A stretch of DNA of 64,000 nt, from the NCBI GenBank assembly GCA_963674965.2, contig CAXXFL010000003.1, positions 288,001 to 352,000 of the forward strand, read 5' to 3'. The DNA is from a bacterium. Its GTDB lineage: Bacteria; RBG-13-61-14; DATKZS01. Positions 1 to 8,418 of the stretch are shown piece by piece. The translations under genes were made by a program, and so were the position numbers. The stretch's first letter is position 1, and every line of letters begins with the position of its first letter. The notes below the pieces were generated by a model. The model worked only from the letters and a program-made list of their open reading frames with translations, did no database searches and was not told the origin of the DNA.

Positions 1-290
1 GAGTTTTTTTTACGGCGTGAGGCATGGTTTGGAAAAACGCCGCATTGCCAGGCCCGCCTGGCCGGGGAGAGGTGGCGGGCGATGAATAATCCAAACGGGG
101 ACGCTTAAGTCCGAAAGCCATCAGCGGTGTTTTGGGCATGGAAATTGATATTCAACTCCTGGGATATTGGCTGGGACCAAAAAAAGGAAGGTCCGTAAGA
201 AGTGGCGGTTAAATATTTATAATTGCGGGGATTTTATCCGCCGATGTCCCGGAGGTTTCCTTTGATGCGGGAGATTTAGTTGATTATAAG

Positions 291-342
291 TAAATTAAAT
301 TAATATATAATTACATATAATTATATATAATTATAATAAAAA
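291..342. repeat. AT-only tract with 4x 10-bp tandem repeat and 20-bp palindrome, in the upstream region of the hybrid kinase
   Basis: 52 nt with a single C; 301-340 reads taatatataa/ttacatataa/ttatatataa/ttataataaa; 316-335 TATAATTATATATAATTATA is a perfect palindrome. Confidence 0.8.
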
Positions 343-497
343 GATTTTGCCCGGACGATAAGAAGGAATCGAGAAGAAAAGGATGAGAAGAGCAACATGC
401 CGAATTCGCTAAATAAAAATTGCAAGGCCCATGATTTTGCCAAGGGCGGGAATCGGCTGGACGTTTTTTCCCGATATCGGAAATTTGGCGGAGAGAA

Positions 498-3400
498 TTG
501 ATGAGTTACGACGCTAAAACTCGCGAGGAATTGATAAGGGAAATCGAGGACCTTAAAAAGAGGATCGAGCGTCACGAGGAGTCGGAAAGGGAGCGCAACC
601 GGGTGGAACGGGAACTCCGTCGGGAGCACGACCGGAACCAGCTTTACCTGGACACGGCCGGCGTAATCCTTGTCGCCCTTGACAGGGAGGGCAAGGTCTC
701 TCTTATCAATCGGGCTGGCCGGGAGATACTCGGGTTCGAGGAGCGCCAAATTCTTGGCCAGTCCTGGTTCGATCGCTTCCTTCCCGCCGACGCTCGGGCC
801 AAGACCAGGGAAATCTTCGCGAGGCTCATGAAGGGCGAACTCGAGGCGGTCAAGCAGGCGGAAGGCCGCATACTTTGCCGTGACGGGTCCGAGCGGGAGG
901 TACTGTGGACCAATTCCCTTATCTGGGACGACGGCGGCGAGATCATGGGCACGCTCAGCTCGGGTCTCGACGTGACGGGTGAGAAGTCGGCCCGCCGGGA
1001 GCTTCGGGAAAGCGAGGAAAAATTCCGCACCATCGCGGGTTCGGCCCAGGACGCCATCATCATGATGGACGGGAGCGGCAAAATTACCTTCTGGAACGAG
1101 GCGGCCCGTGACATCTTCGGTTGGGACTCGGGTGAAGTAATAGGCGAGGACCTCCACCGGGTGATCGCTCCCCAAAAGTATCATGAGGCCTACTCCCGGG
1201 GGCTTGGCCGCTTCTGGAAGGACGGGAGCGGCGCGGCGGTGGGCAACACCCTCGAGCTTACGGCCCTTCGCAAGGATGGTTTCGAGTTTCCCATCGAGAT
1301 ATCCGTGGCGGGCGTCGAGATGGGCGGCGAATGGCACGCGGTGGGCATCATTCGCGACATTACCGGGCGCAAGCTCGTGGAGGAGACCCTTCGCGAGAAC
1401 GAGGAGAAGTTCCGTACCATTTGCGACTCGGCCCAGGACGCCATCGTGATGATGGACCATCACGGCTCGGTCTCTTTCTGGAACGACGCGGCGGAGAAGA
1501 TATTCGGGTGGACGGCGGAGGAAACCTTTGGCGCGAACCTTCACGATCTCCTCGCTCCGCCGCGCTATCGAGAGGCCTCGGGCAAGGCCCTGGCCTCCTA
1601 TTTTCGGACCGGCCACGGCTCGGCCATCGGCAAGACCGTGTCCCTGGGCGCGATCAGAAAGGACGGCCGGGAGATACCGGTCGAGCTGTCCCTCGCCTCG
1701 GTCCATCTTCACGGGCAAAGGAGCGCCGTGGGCATCGTAAGGGACGTGACCGAGAGAAAGCGGATGGAGAGCAAGCTCAGCGAGAGCGAGGCCCGCATGA
1801 AGACGGTGCTCGAGGCCATCCATACCGGCGTGGTGGTGATAGACGCCGAGACTCGGGTCATTCTCGACGTGAACCCCTCCGCCGTCAAAATGATCGGGGC
1901 GCCCCGCGAAAAAATCGTCGGCAACGTCTGCCATCGCTTCATTTGTCCGCAGGGGGAGGGAAGGTGCCCAGTGTGCGACCTCAACCAGACGGTCGAGGAC
2001 GCGGAGGGGGTCCTGCTCCGGCCCAACGGCGGGCAGATTACCGTGCTTAAGACGGTGGTGCCGGTAACGATCCTGGGCAGGAAATGCCTCCTTGACTGCT
2101 TCGTGGACATTACCGAGAGAAAGAAAGCCGAGCTGGCACTGCACGAGGCCAAGGAGGCGGCCGAGGCCGCGGCCAGGGCCAAGAGCGAGTTCCTGGCCAA
2201 CATGAGCCACGAGATCAGGACCCCCATGAACGGAGTGATGGGCATGAACGGACTGCTGCTCGACACGGAGCTTACCCCCGAGCAGCGCGGCTACGCCGAG
2301 GCCGTTCAGAAAAGCGCCGAGTCCCTCTTAACGATCATCAACGACGTTTTGGATTATTCCAAGATCGAGGCGGGGAAAATAGACCTGGAGAAAATCGATT
2401 TCAATCCCCCGTCCCTTTTGGAGGAGGTCAACGACCTCATGGCGGTCAAGGCCCAGGAAAAGGGGATCGAGTACCTTTGCGAGGTCGGACGCGACGTGCC
2501 CTCCCTCTTGGCGGGCGACCAGGGAAGACTGAGGCAGGTGCTGACCAACCTGATCGGCAACGCGGTCAAGTTCACCGAAAAAGGGGAGATACTGGTCAAG
2601 GCCGAGCTCGAGGGGGAGGACGGCCTCGAGGCGGTCGTCAGGTTCTCGGTTACCGACACGGGGATCGGCGTGGATCCCGAGCGGCTCGAGTATCTTTTCC
2701 AGCCCTTCACTCAGGCCGACGCTTCCACCACTCGGAAGTACGGAGGCACCGGGCTTGGTCTGGGCATATCCCGCCGTCTGGCGCGGGCCATGGGCGGGCA
2801 AATCGGGGCCTGGAGCGTTCCCGGCCAAGGCTCGTCCTTCTGGTTCACGGCGCGGCTGGAGAAGCGACAAGGCGGGGCTGGGGTCGATTCCGGCGTGGAC
2901 CGGGACTTGAGGGGCGTGAGGGCGCTTATCGTGGACGATAATAGGACGAACCGCGCGGTGGTAAAAAAGTGGCTCGAGGAATGGGGGGCCGGCTGCGACG
3001 AGGCGGAGGATGGGCTGAAGGCCCTCGATATGACTCGCCGCGCCGCCGCCAATGGGCTCCCGTATCGGGCGGTCCTTATCGACATGCTGATGCCGGGCAT
3101 GGACGGTGAAAGCCTGGCCATGGAAATCAAGAAGGACGACGATATCGGGTCCGCCTCGCTGATCATGATGACCTCGATAGGGGGACTCGCAAGAGAGCGG
3201 GCCAGGGAGATCGGACTTCACTCCCTTTTAACCAAGCCCGTCAAGAAAAAGGAACTTCTGGCGTGTCTGCTTTCGGCCATCCGCGGCCATGATATCAAGG
3301 ACGAAAGCCCGGAAAGGCCCGTTCCCGTTCCAAGGGCCTTGAAAGGCGCCGCCAATAAGGGCCGCCTGATTTTGGTGGCCGAGGATAACCGGATCAACCA

Positions 3401-4118
3401 GATGGTGGCCCTTCGCGTGCTGGAGCGGCTGGGGTTCGAGGCCGAGGCGGTGGAGAACGGAAAAGAAGCCGTCTCGGCCGTGGCGGCCGGCAAATACGAT
3501 CTGGTGCTTATGGACGTGCAGATGCCGGAGATGGACGGGTTCGATGCGACAAAAAGGATACGGTCCGGAGAGGCGGGCGATGAATTCCGCTCGATCCCGA
3601 TAATCGCCATGACCGCTCACGCCATGAAGGGCGACATGGAAAGGTGCCTCGAGGCCGGCATGGACGATTATCTTTCCAAGCCCATCGACTCGTCCATGCT
3701 CGAGGCGGCGGTCAATCTCCACCTTGGCGACGGCCTGGAAAAATCCGCTTTGGACAAGGCGCCCGCCCCGCGCTCGAGGGAGGATGACGCCTTCGACGCC
3801 TCGGTCCTGGAGGAAAAACTGGAAGGAGACGAGGAACTGATTAAAATAATATTGCGGACCTTCCTGGAGGACGCGCCGCTTAGGATAGCCCAGATCAAGG
3901 AGGCGCTCTCGAGGGGCGACGGTGACGGCTATCGCGCTCCGGCCCATTCCTTGAAAGGGGCCTCGAGCAACGTGGGCGCCCGGGACATCCAGGAGTTGGC
4001 GCTTCGCATCGAGAAGGCCGGCACGGACGGCGACGCGGGACTGGCCATGGACCTGGTCGGGACGCTCGAGGAGAAATGGGAGCTTTTCAAAACGGCCGCC
4101 GGCGGCTATATTAATTGA
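498..4118 (+). CDS. Cytoplasmic multi-PAS hybrid sensor histidine kinase (4 PAS, HisKA, HATPase, 2 REC, Hpt)
   Basis: [16 protein letters not shown]-box; [25 protein letters not shown]; receiver motifs LIVDDN and LVAEDN...DVQMPEMDG; Hpt AHSLKGAS. Start could be ATG 501. Confidence 0.95.
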   Translation: MMSYDAKTREELIREIEDLKKRIERHEESERERNRVERELRREHDRNQLYLDTAGVILVALDREGKVSLINRAGREILGFEERQILGQSWFDRFLPADARAKTREIFARLMKGELEAVKQAEGRILCRDGSEREVLWTNSLIWDDGGEIMGTLSSGLDVTGEKSARRELRESEEKFRTIAGSAQDAIIMMDGSGKITFWNEAARDIFGWDSGEVIGEDLHRVIAPQKYHEAYSRGLGRFWKDGSGAAVGNTLELTALRKDGFEFPIEISVAGVEMGGEWHAVGIIRDITGRKLVEETLRENEEKFRTICDSAQDAIVMMDHHGSVSFWNDAAEKIFGWTAEETFGANLHDLLAPPRYREASGKALASYFRTGHGSAIGKTVSLGAIRKDGREIPVELSLASVHLHGQRSAVGIVRDVTERKRMESKLSESEARMKTVLEAIHTGVVVIDAETRVILDVNPSAVKMIGAPREKIVGNVCHRFICPQGEGRCPVCDLNQTVEDAEGVLLRPNGGQITVLKTVVPVTILGRKCLLDCFVDITERKKAELALHEAKEAAEAAARAKSEFLANMSHEIRTPMNGVMGMNGLLLDTELTPEQRGYAEAVQKSAESLLTIINDVLDYSKIEAGKIDLEKIDFNPPSLLEEVNDLMAVKAQEKGIEYLCEVGRDVPSLLAGDQGRLRQVLTNLIGNAVKFTEKGEILVKAELEGEDGLEAVVRFSVTDTGIGVDPERLEYLFQPFTQADASTTRKYGGTGLGLGISRRLARAMGGQIGAWSVPGQGSSFWFTARLEKRQGGAGVDSGVDRDLRGVRALIVDDNRTNRAVVKKWLEEWGAGCDEAEDGLKALDMTRRAAANGLPYRAVLIDMLMPGMDGESLAMEIKKDDDIGSASLIMMTSIGGLARERAREIGLHSLLTKPVKKKELLACLLSAIRGHDIKDESPERPVPVPRALKGAANKGRLILVAEDNRINQMVALRVLERLGFEAEAVENGKEAVSAVAAGKYDLVLMDVQMPEMDGFDATKRIRSGEAGDEFRSIPIIAMTAHAMKGDMERCLEAGMDDYLSKPIDSSMLEAAVNLHLGDGLEKSALDKAPAPRSREDDAFDASVLEEKLEGDEELIKIILRTFLEDAPLRIAQIKEALSRGDGDGYRAPAHSLKGASSNVGARDIQELALRIEKAGTDGDAGLAMDLVGTLEEKWELFKTAAGGYIN

Positions 4119-4152
4119 CGGTTTCTTGAATGTACGAAATGGAGACGGGTGG

Positions 4153-4782
4153 ATGAGAATACTGATAGCGGAGGACGACAACACGTCCCGCCTCGTGCTG
4201 GAGAGCGTTCTTAGGAAGGCCGGGCACGAGGTCATAAGCACGACCGACGGCGCGATGGCCCTGAAGGAGCTCCAGAAACCGGAGGCTCCCAGGCTGGCCA
4301 TACTCGACTGGATGATGCCGGAAATGGACGGCATCGACGTTTGCCGGCGGGTCAGGGCCATGGACAAGGGCGAGAGGGTCTATATACTAATGTTGACGGC
4401 GCTGGGCAACAAGTCGGATATAGTCTCGGGGCTGGACGCGGGCGCCAACGATTACCTGACCAAGCCCTTCAACAACGAGGAGCTTCGGGCCAGGATAAGG
4501 GTCGGCCGGCGGGTGCTCGAGCTCCAGGAGGCCCTGTCCGTCCGGGTGGCCGAGCTGGAGGAGGCCCTTCACCAGGTCAAGACCCTGCAGGGAATAATTC
4601 CCATCTGCATGCACTGCCATAAGATTCGCAACGACGAGGAGTCCTGGCTCCGTATGGAGAGGTACGTCGAGGACCATTCAAACGCGCAGTTCAGTCACAG
4701 CATATGCCCCGAGTGCATGGAGAAATATTATCCGGCCGACGACGAGGAACTCGAGGAGGAGGTGGTGGGGACCGCCGAATAA
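4153..4782 (+). CDS. Response regulator (REC plus C-terminal Cys/His motif domain)
   Basis: MRILIAEDD, LDWMMPEMDG, DYLTKPF; C-terminus IIPICMHCHKIRND...FSHSICPEC; ATG 4153 preferred over TTG 4126. Confidence 0.9.
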   Translation: MRILIAEDDNTSRLVLESVLRKAGHEVISTTDGAMALKELQKPEAPRLAILDWMMPEMDGIDVCRRVRAMDKGERVYILMLTALGNKSDIVSGLDAGANDYLTKPFNNEELRARIRVGRRVLELQEALSVRVAELEEALHQVKTLQGIIPICMHCHKIRNDEESWLRMERYVEDHSNAQFSHSICPECMEKYYPADDEELEEEVVGTAE

Positions 4783-4792
4783 GGGGCCGGTC

Positions 4793-5296
4793 TCAATCCT
4801 CCGCCGGCCGATCTTCCTTTTTTCCGAGGGCCCGTTCGATCCTTTTAACGCACGCCACCGGGTCTTTTTTCAAGCGGCATTCCCAAATCCTTATCACGCT
4901 CCAGCCCCGGGCCCGAAGCTCCCGGCTCACCCTGGCGTCCCTCTTCCTGTTGCCCGATATCTTCGTTTCCCATTTCTCCGCGTTCGAGCGGGGCGTAAGG
5001 TTGCGGCCGCAGTCGTGGCCGTGCCAGAAACACCCGTCCACGAACACGGCCACCTTTTGGCGGGGCCAGACGAAGTCGGGCCTGCCGGGAAGGTCCGCGT
5101 GGCGCCTCCATCCCTTAAGACGCCTCGAGCGGAGCGTCTCCATCAGGCGCAGCTCGGTGGACTTGTTGCCCCGCGACCGGATTCGGCTCATGAGCTCGGA
5201 GCGGGTCAGGCCCCCGAAACCGGTCGTCTCGTCCCCGGGTCCCGCGGCCTTGTTTGTTTTATCGCGGGTCTTGTTTTTCGGCGTCCTGGATTTCAT
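4793..5296 (-). CDS. vsr: Very short patch repair endonuclease
   Basis: RSELMSRIRSRGNKSTE, LPGRPDFV, VFVDGCFWHGH, GWSVIRIWEC are the Vsr family motifs. Confidence 0.92.
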   Translation of the reverse strand: MKSRTPKNKTRDKTNKAAGPGDETTGFGGLTRSELMSRIRSRGNKSTELRLMETLRSRRLKGWRRHADLPGRPDFVWPRQKVAVFVDGCFWHGHDCGRNLTPRSNAEKWETKISGNRKRDARVSRELRARGWSVIRIWECRLKKDPVACVKRIERALGKKEDRPAED

Positions 5297-5335
5297 CGCG
5301 CGGTCTTTTTTAAGTCGGTTGACTGGTTTTCCGTT

Positions 5336-6310
5336 TCAAAGCGGGTCGGGATAGAGGTATCGATAGGCGCTTTCCATGGCCTCGACCGCGGTGAGGGCGG
5401 GGGAATATCCGAGGACTTTCCTGGCCTTCTCGATCGAGTACTCGCCTCCCACCAGGGCGAACCTGGCCAGCTCGGCCGGGGTGGGCGAATATTGCTCGAA
5501 CCTCTCGATGAGGTCCACCACGCGCTCGGTCCATGCGACCGGGACCTGGAGAAGCCTCGATTTCGATCCCACCCTCGAGACGAGCTCGGCAAGGGCCCGG
5601 GAGCAGGGAGGAGCGTCGGCCGCGGCGATGGTAAAGGCCTCGCCGTCGGCCTCCTCGGCCTCGGCGCAAAGCGCGAAGGCCCGGCCCGCGTCCAGGGACG
5701 AGACCGAGGCCCAGGGCGCGTCGGGAGCGGCCGTCACCGGCACGGGCAGGCCTTTTCGGATCAGCTTGAAAAGGAGGGTCATCGAGGGCTCGTGGTAAAA
5801 GCCCGGGCCGAATATCATGGGCATGCGCGGGAAGACGACCTCGAGCCCGGTTTCATCCCTGATCTTTAACAGCCGCTTTTCGCACTCCCATTTGTTCCTC
5901 GAGTACACGCCCGTGAAGCGTTTCTCGTCGTCCTCCGAGACGGGGAACTCCTCGGGGTAGTAGAGGCCGTAAATCTCGATGGTGGAAGCGAACACGAGAC
6001 GGCGGACGCCGTTCTTAACGGCCGCTCCCGCCATGTTCAGGGTGGCCCCCACGTTTATCTCCCAGAAGCCCCGCGCCGTAAGGTCGGCCTGGGGCATGGA
6101 CGCGGCCAGGTGATGGATGACCTCGACGCCCTTGGCCGCCCGGTTTGCGGCCTCCCGATCGAGCACGCTTCCCCTCACGAAGGCCACGTCGCCCAAGAGG
6201 CCGTCGGGCGGCTTTTTCAGATCGAGCACGATGACGTCGTGGCCCTTCTCGAGAAGGGCCTTGATTACGGCCCTTCCCAGCACGCCGGCGCCGCCGGTTA
6301 CAAGGTGCAT
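5336..6310 (-). CDS. NAD-dependent epimerase/dehydratase (extended SDR)
   Basis: LVTGGAGVLG Rossmann motif, HLAA, YSRNK (YxxxK), IFGPG. Confidence 0.9.
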   Translation of the reverse strand: MHLVTGGAGVLGRAVIKALLEKGHDVIVLDLKKPPDGLLGDVAFVRGSVLDREAANRAAKGVEVIHHLAASMPQADLTARGFWEINVGATLNMAGAAVKNGVRRLVFASTIEIYGLYYPEEFPVSEDDEKRFTGVYSRNKWECEKRLLKIRDETGLEVVFPRMPMIFGPGFYHEPSMTLLFKLIRKGLPVPVTAAPDAPWASVSSLDAGRAFALCAEAEEADGEAFTIAAADAPPCSRALAELVSRVGSKSRLLQVPVAWTERVVDLIERFEQYSPTPAELARFALVGGEYSIEKARKVLGYSPALTAVEAMESAYRYLYPDPL

Positions 6311-6339
6311 GGCGGTCTCCTTTTATCCATTCCCGAGGC

Positions 6340-6780
6340 TCAGTAGATGGTCTTGATCAGCGCCCGCTTCCTGCCGGCCGCCTCCTTGAAAAACGAGGCC
6401 AGTTCCCTGAACTTATCGTACGCCTCGTCTCCCACCTCCTCCTGGCAATCGCAATGGGCCTTCTCAAAGGCCCTTAAAAAAGCCTCCCTCGTCACGGTCT
6501 CCATGGCCGCCGCGGCCTCCCTCACCTTGGCCGCCGAGAGGAGACTGACCGGACACTCGTCGTCGCCGATCGATTTCTCGAGCGACACGGCCAGGTCCAG
6601 GCACGTGGACTCGATCTCGTCCATAAGATATGACAGGGCCGCGTCCACGTGGTAGCCGAAAAGCTCGAGCGAGAACCGGCCCTCGTCCCGACTCGCGGCC
6701 AGCTCGCGCGCCAGCCCGGGGTCTTTTCCGATCCGCTTGACCTCGGCCGAGGTCACCTGGACGTATATCTCTCCCGCCAT
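6340..6780 (-). CDS. Hypothetical protein, YfbM/DUF1877-like
   Basis: Size and pattern LLSAAKVREAAAAM...FRELASFFKEAA..KRALI resemble DUF1877; SD-like GAAGGGA upstream. Confidence 0.55.
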   Translation of the reverse strand: MAGEIYVQVTSAEVKRIGKDPGLARELAASRDEGRFSLELFGYHVDAALSYLMDEIESTCLDLAVSLEKSIGDDECPVSLLSAAKVREAAAAMETVTREAFLRAFEKAHCDCQEEVGDEAYDKFRELASFFKEAAGRKRALIKTIY

Positions 6781-6816
6781 GTCCCTTCATCTCCCGCCGC
6801 GAAAAGAGCGCCTAAT

Positions 6817-8343
6817 TCAGCGGCATTCGCCGGTTGCGAAGTCCAGCGACAAGGCCTCGCCCTTCTTGAGCCGCCGGCGGCACTCGAGGTCTTTCCAGGC
6901 GATCGCCGTCTCCGACGCGCCTTCCTCGCGGGTCTTCACCTCCACCGTTACCCCGTCGGCCGGAATTTCGAGCCTGACGCTGACGCCTTGGGCCTCATCG
7001 GGGAAAGCCGGACTGGCCGCGACGCCGCCCGGGTCCCGGCCGTAACCTATCAGGTCCTCGATCAGCATGGTATTGGCCAGGCCCGTCCAGCCCACGAAGT
7101 TGGGCCGGGGCTTGCCCCCCAGGGTCAGTTGCTTATACAGGTTGCCCTTTTTCCTGTGAAGCTCCCTGAAGTCGAAGCGGTCGGGGTCGTAGAACTCGAC
7201 CAGCTTGCCCGTGTTGCCGTAAGTACGGTAAACGCCGTCCACCAGCTTGAAGCACATGAGGGATGCCTCGTCCTCGTAGCCGTACCTTATAAGGCCGCGG
7301 GTGGCCATGTAGGCGGTGTTGAGCCAGATGGGTCCCCTCCAGCAGTCCTTCTCGAAGTGAGGGTCGTTCCTGGCCACCGAGGGAAGGGGCATGGGCGTGT
7401 TGAACTCATCGGGGTCCATAACCCGCTCGACGACCCTCCGCGCCCTCTCGGGAGAAGGGACGCCCGCCATAAGGGGGAATATGCCGGCCACGGTCCGTAT
7501 TTTGACCGGCTCTCCCGAGGCCAGGTCGAGGTCGTAATAAAAGCCCGTTTCCTCGTCCCAAAGACTCGCCTCGACGAGTTCCTTCAGCTCCTCGGCCTTG
7601 GCCCGAAAGTCTCCGGCTTCCTTCGTTCTCCCGAGGAGCCCGGCCATGGCCGCGAGCGACTCGTTCTGGAGGATCACGTACGAGCAGAGGTCGACCGCCG
7701 CCAGCTTCTCCATGTCCACCATGTAGGACTCGTCGGCCGAGCCGAAGCGGGGTGAGTTGTCAAGGCCCGACTCGTAGGAGTGCAGCCAGTGGAAAAGGCC
7801 GTTGTCCAGTCTCCGGTTGTCGTAGAGCCACCGGTTGTAGTCCTTGAGGACCGGGTAGGCCTTCTCGATAAAGTCGCGGCCGGCGCCTCCCTTTTGGTAG
7901 TTCTCCCATATGGACCAGGCCATGACCGGGGGCTGGGTATAGTCGCTCTTGCCCCATTGGCTGGAGTAATGCTGGAGCCTTCCGTCCCTGGCCTTGGAAA
8001 GCACGGCCCAGGTAACGTCCTGGGCCGCCTCCCGGTCCCAGGTCCGCCATACCTGGGAGATGAAGGCCGTGTCCCAAAGGTAAACGCCCCGGAAGATGGG
8101 AGATGGATAGGCGAACCTGACCTCGAAGAATCGGTTGGGGCCATGGAGATTTTTGAGAAGGGTACGGTAGACGGTCTCGAAGCCCTTTTCCCAGTCGCCC
8201 GAGCGCTCGAGTCCCGAGACCTCGATCGATGGAGCGGGACTGGATACGCCCTTGCCGGGACCGGCGGGTCCGGCGTCGGCCGCGCGGCCGAACGCGGCCG
8301 AGGCGGCGATGGCAAAAATCAAAAATGAGCGAAACGATTTCAA
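6817..8343 (-). CDS. Secreted (alpha/alpha)6 glycoside hydrolase, GH63/trehalase-like
   Basis: Signal peptide; YLWDTAF, TQPPV, ESGLDNSPRF, WRGPIWLN, EFYDP motifs; TTG start with GAGG upstream. Confidence 0.85.
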   Translation of the reverse strand: MKSFRSFLIFAIAASAAFGRAADAGPAGPGKGVSSPAPSIEVSGLERSGDWEKGFETVYRTLLKNLHGPNRFFEVRFAYPSPIFRGVYLWDTAFISQVWRTWDREAAQDVTWAVLSKARDGRLQHYSSQWGKSDYTQPPVMAWSIWENYQKGGAGRDFIEKAYPVLKDYNRWLYDNRRLDNGLFHWLHSYESGLDNSPRFGSADESYMVDMEKLAAVDLCSYVILQNESLAAMAGLLGRTKEAGDFRAKAEELKELVEASLWDEETGFYYDLDLASGEPVKIRTVAGIFPLMAGVPSPERARRVVERVMDPDEFNTPMPLPSVARNDPHFEKDCWRGPIWLNTAYMATRGLIRYGYEDEASLMCFKLVDGVYRTYGNTGKLVEFYDPDRFDFRELHRKKGNLYKQLTLGGKPRPNFVGWTGLANTMLIEDLIGYGRDPGGVAASPAFPDEAQGVSVRLEIPADGVTVEVKTREEGASETAIAWKDLECRRRLKKGEALSLDFATGECR

Positions 8344-8418
8344 TTTGGCATACCTCTTGGTCGGCGTCGCCGGGACGCTTTTTCAACGCGAGGGCCCGCG
8401 CGGGGAGCGGGGGGGACG

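Noticed and set aside
132-149. Possible sigma54 promoter GGGCATGGAAATTGAT
   Set aside because: The -12 element has GA instead of the conserved GC and lies far from the start codon.
200-345. AT-rich tract as oriC unwinding element or dif site
   Set aside because: No TTATCCACA DnaA-box cluster, no dnaA/dnaN/gidA context, and no match to the XerC/XerD arms.
321-2210. 629-aa minus-strand ORF and other long antisense ORFs (e.g. 15509-17236, 25058-26134, 30536-32296, 38629-40167, 40198-41823, 53942-55528)
   Set aside because: They are shadows of well-supported genes on the opposite strand, expected in GC-rich DNA, and show no recognisable motifs.
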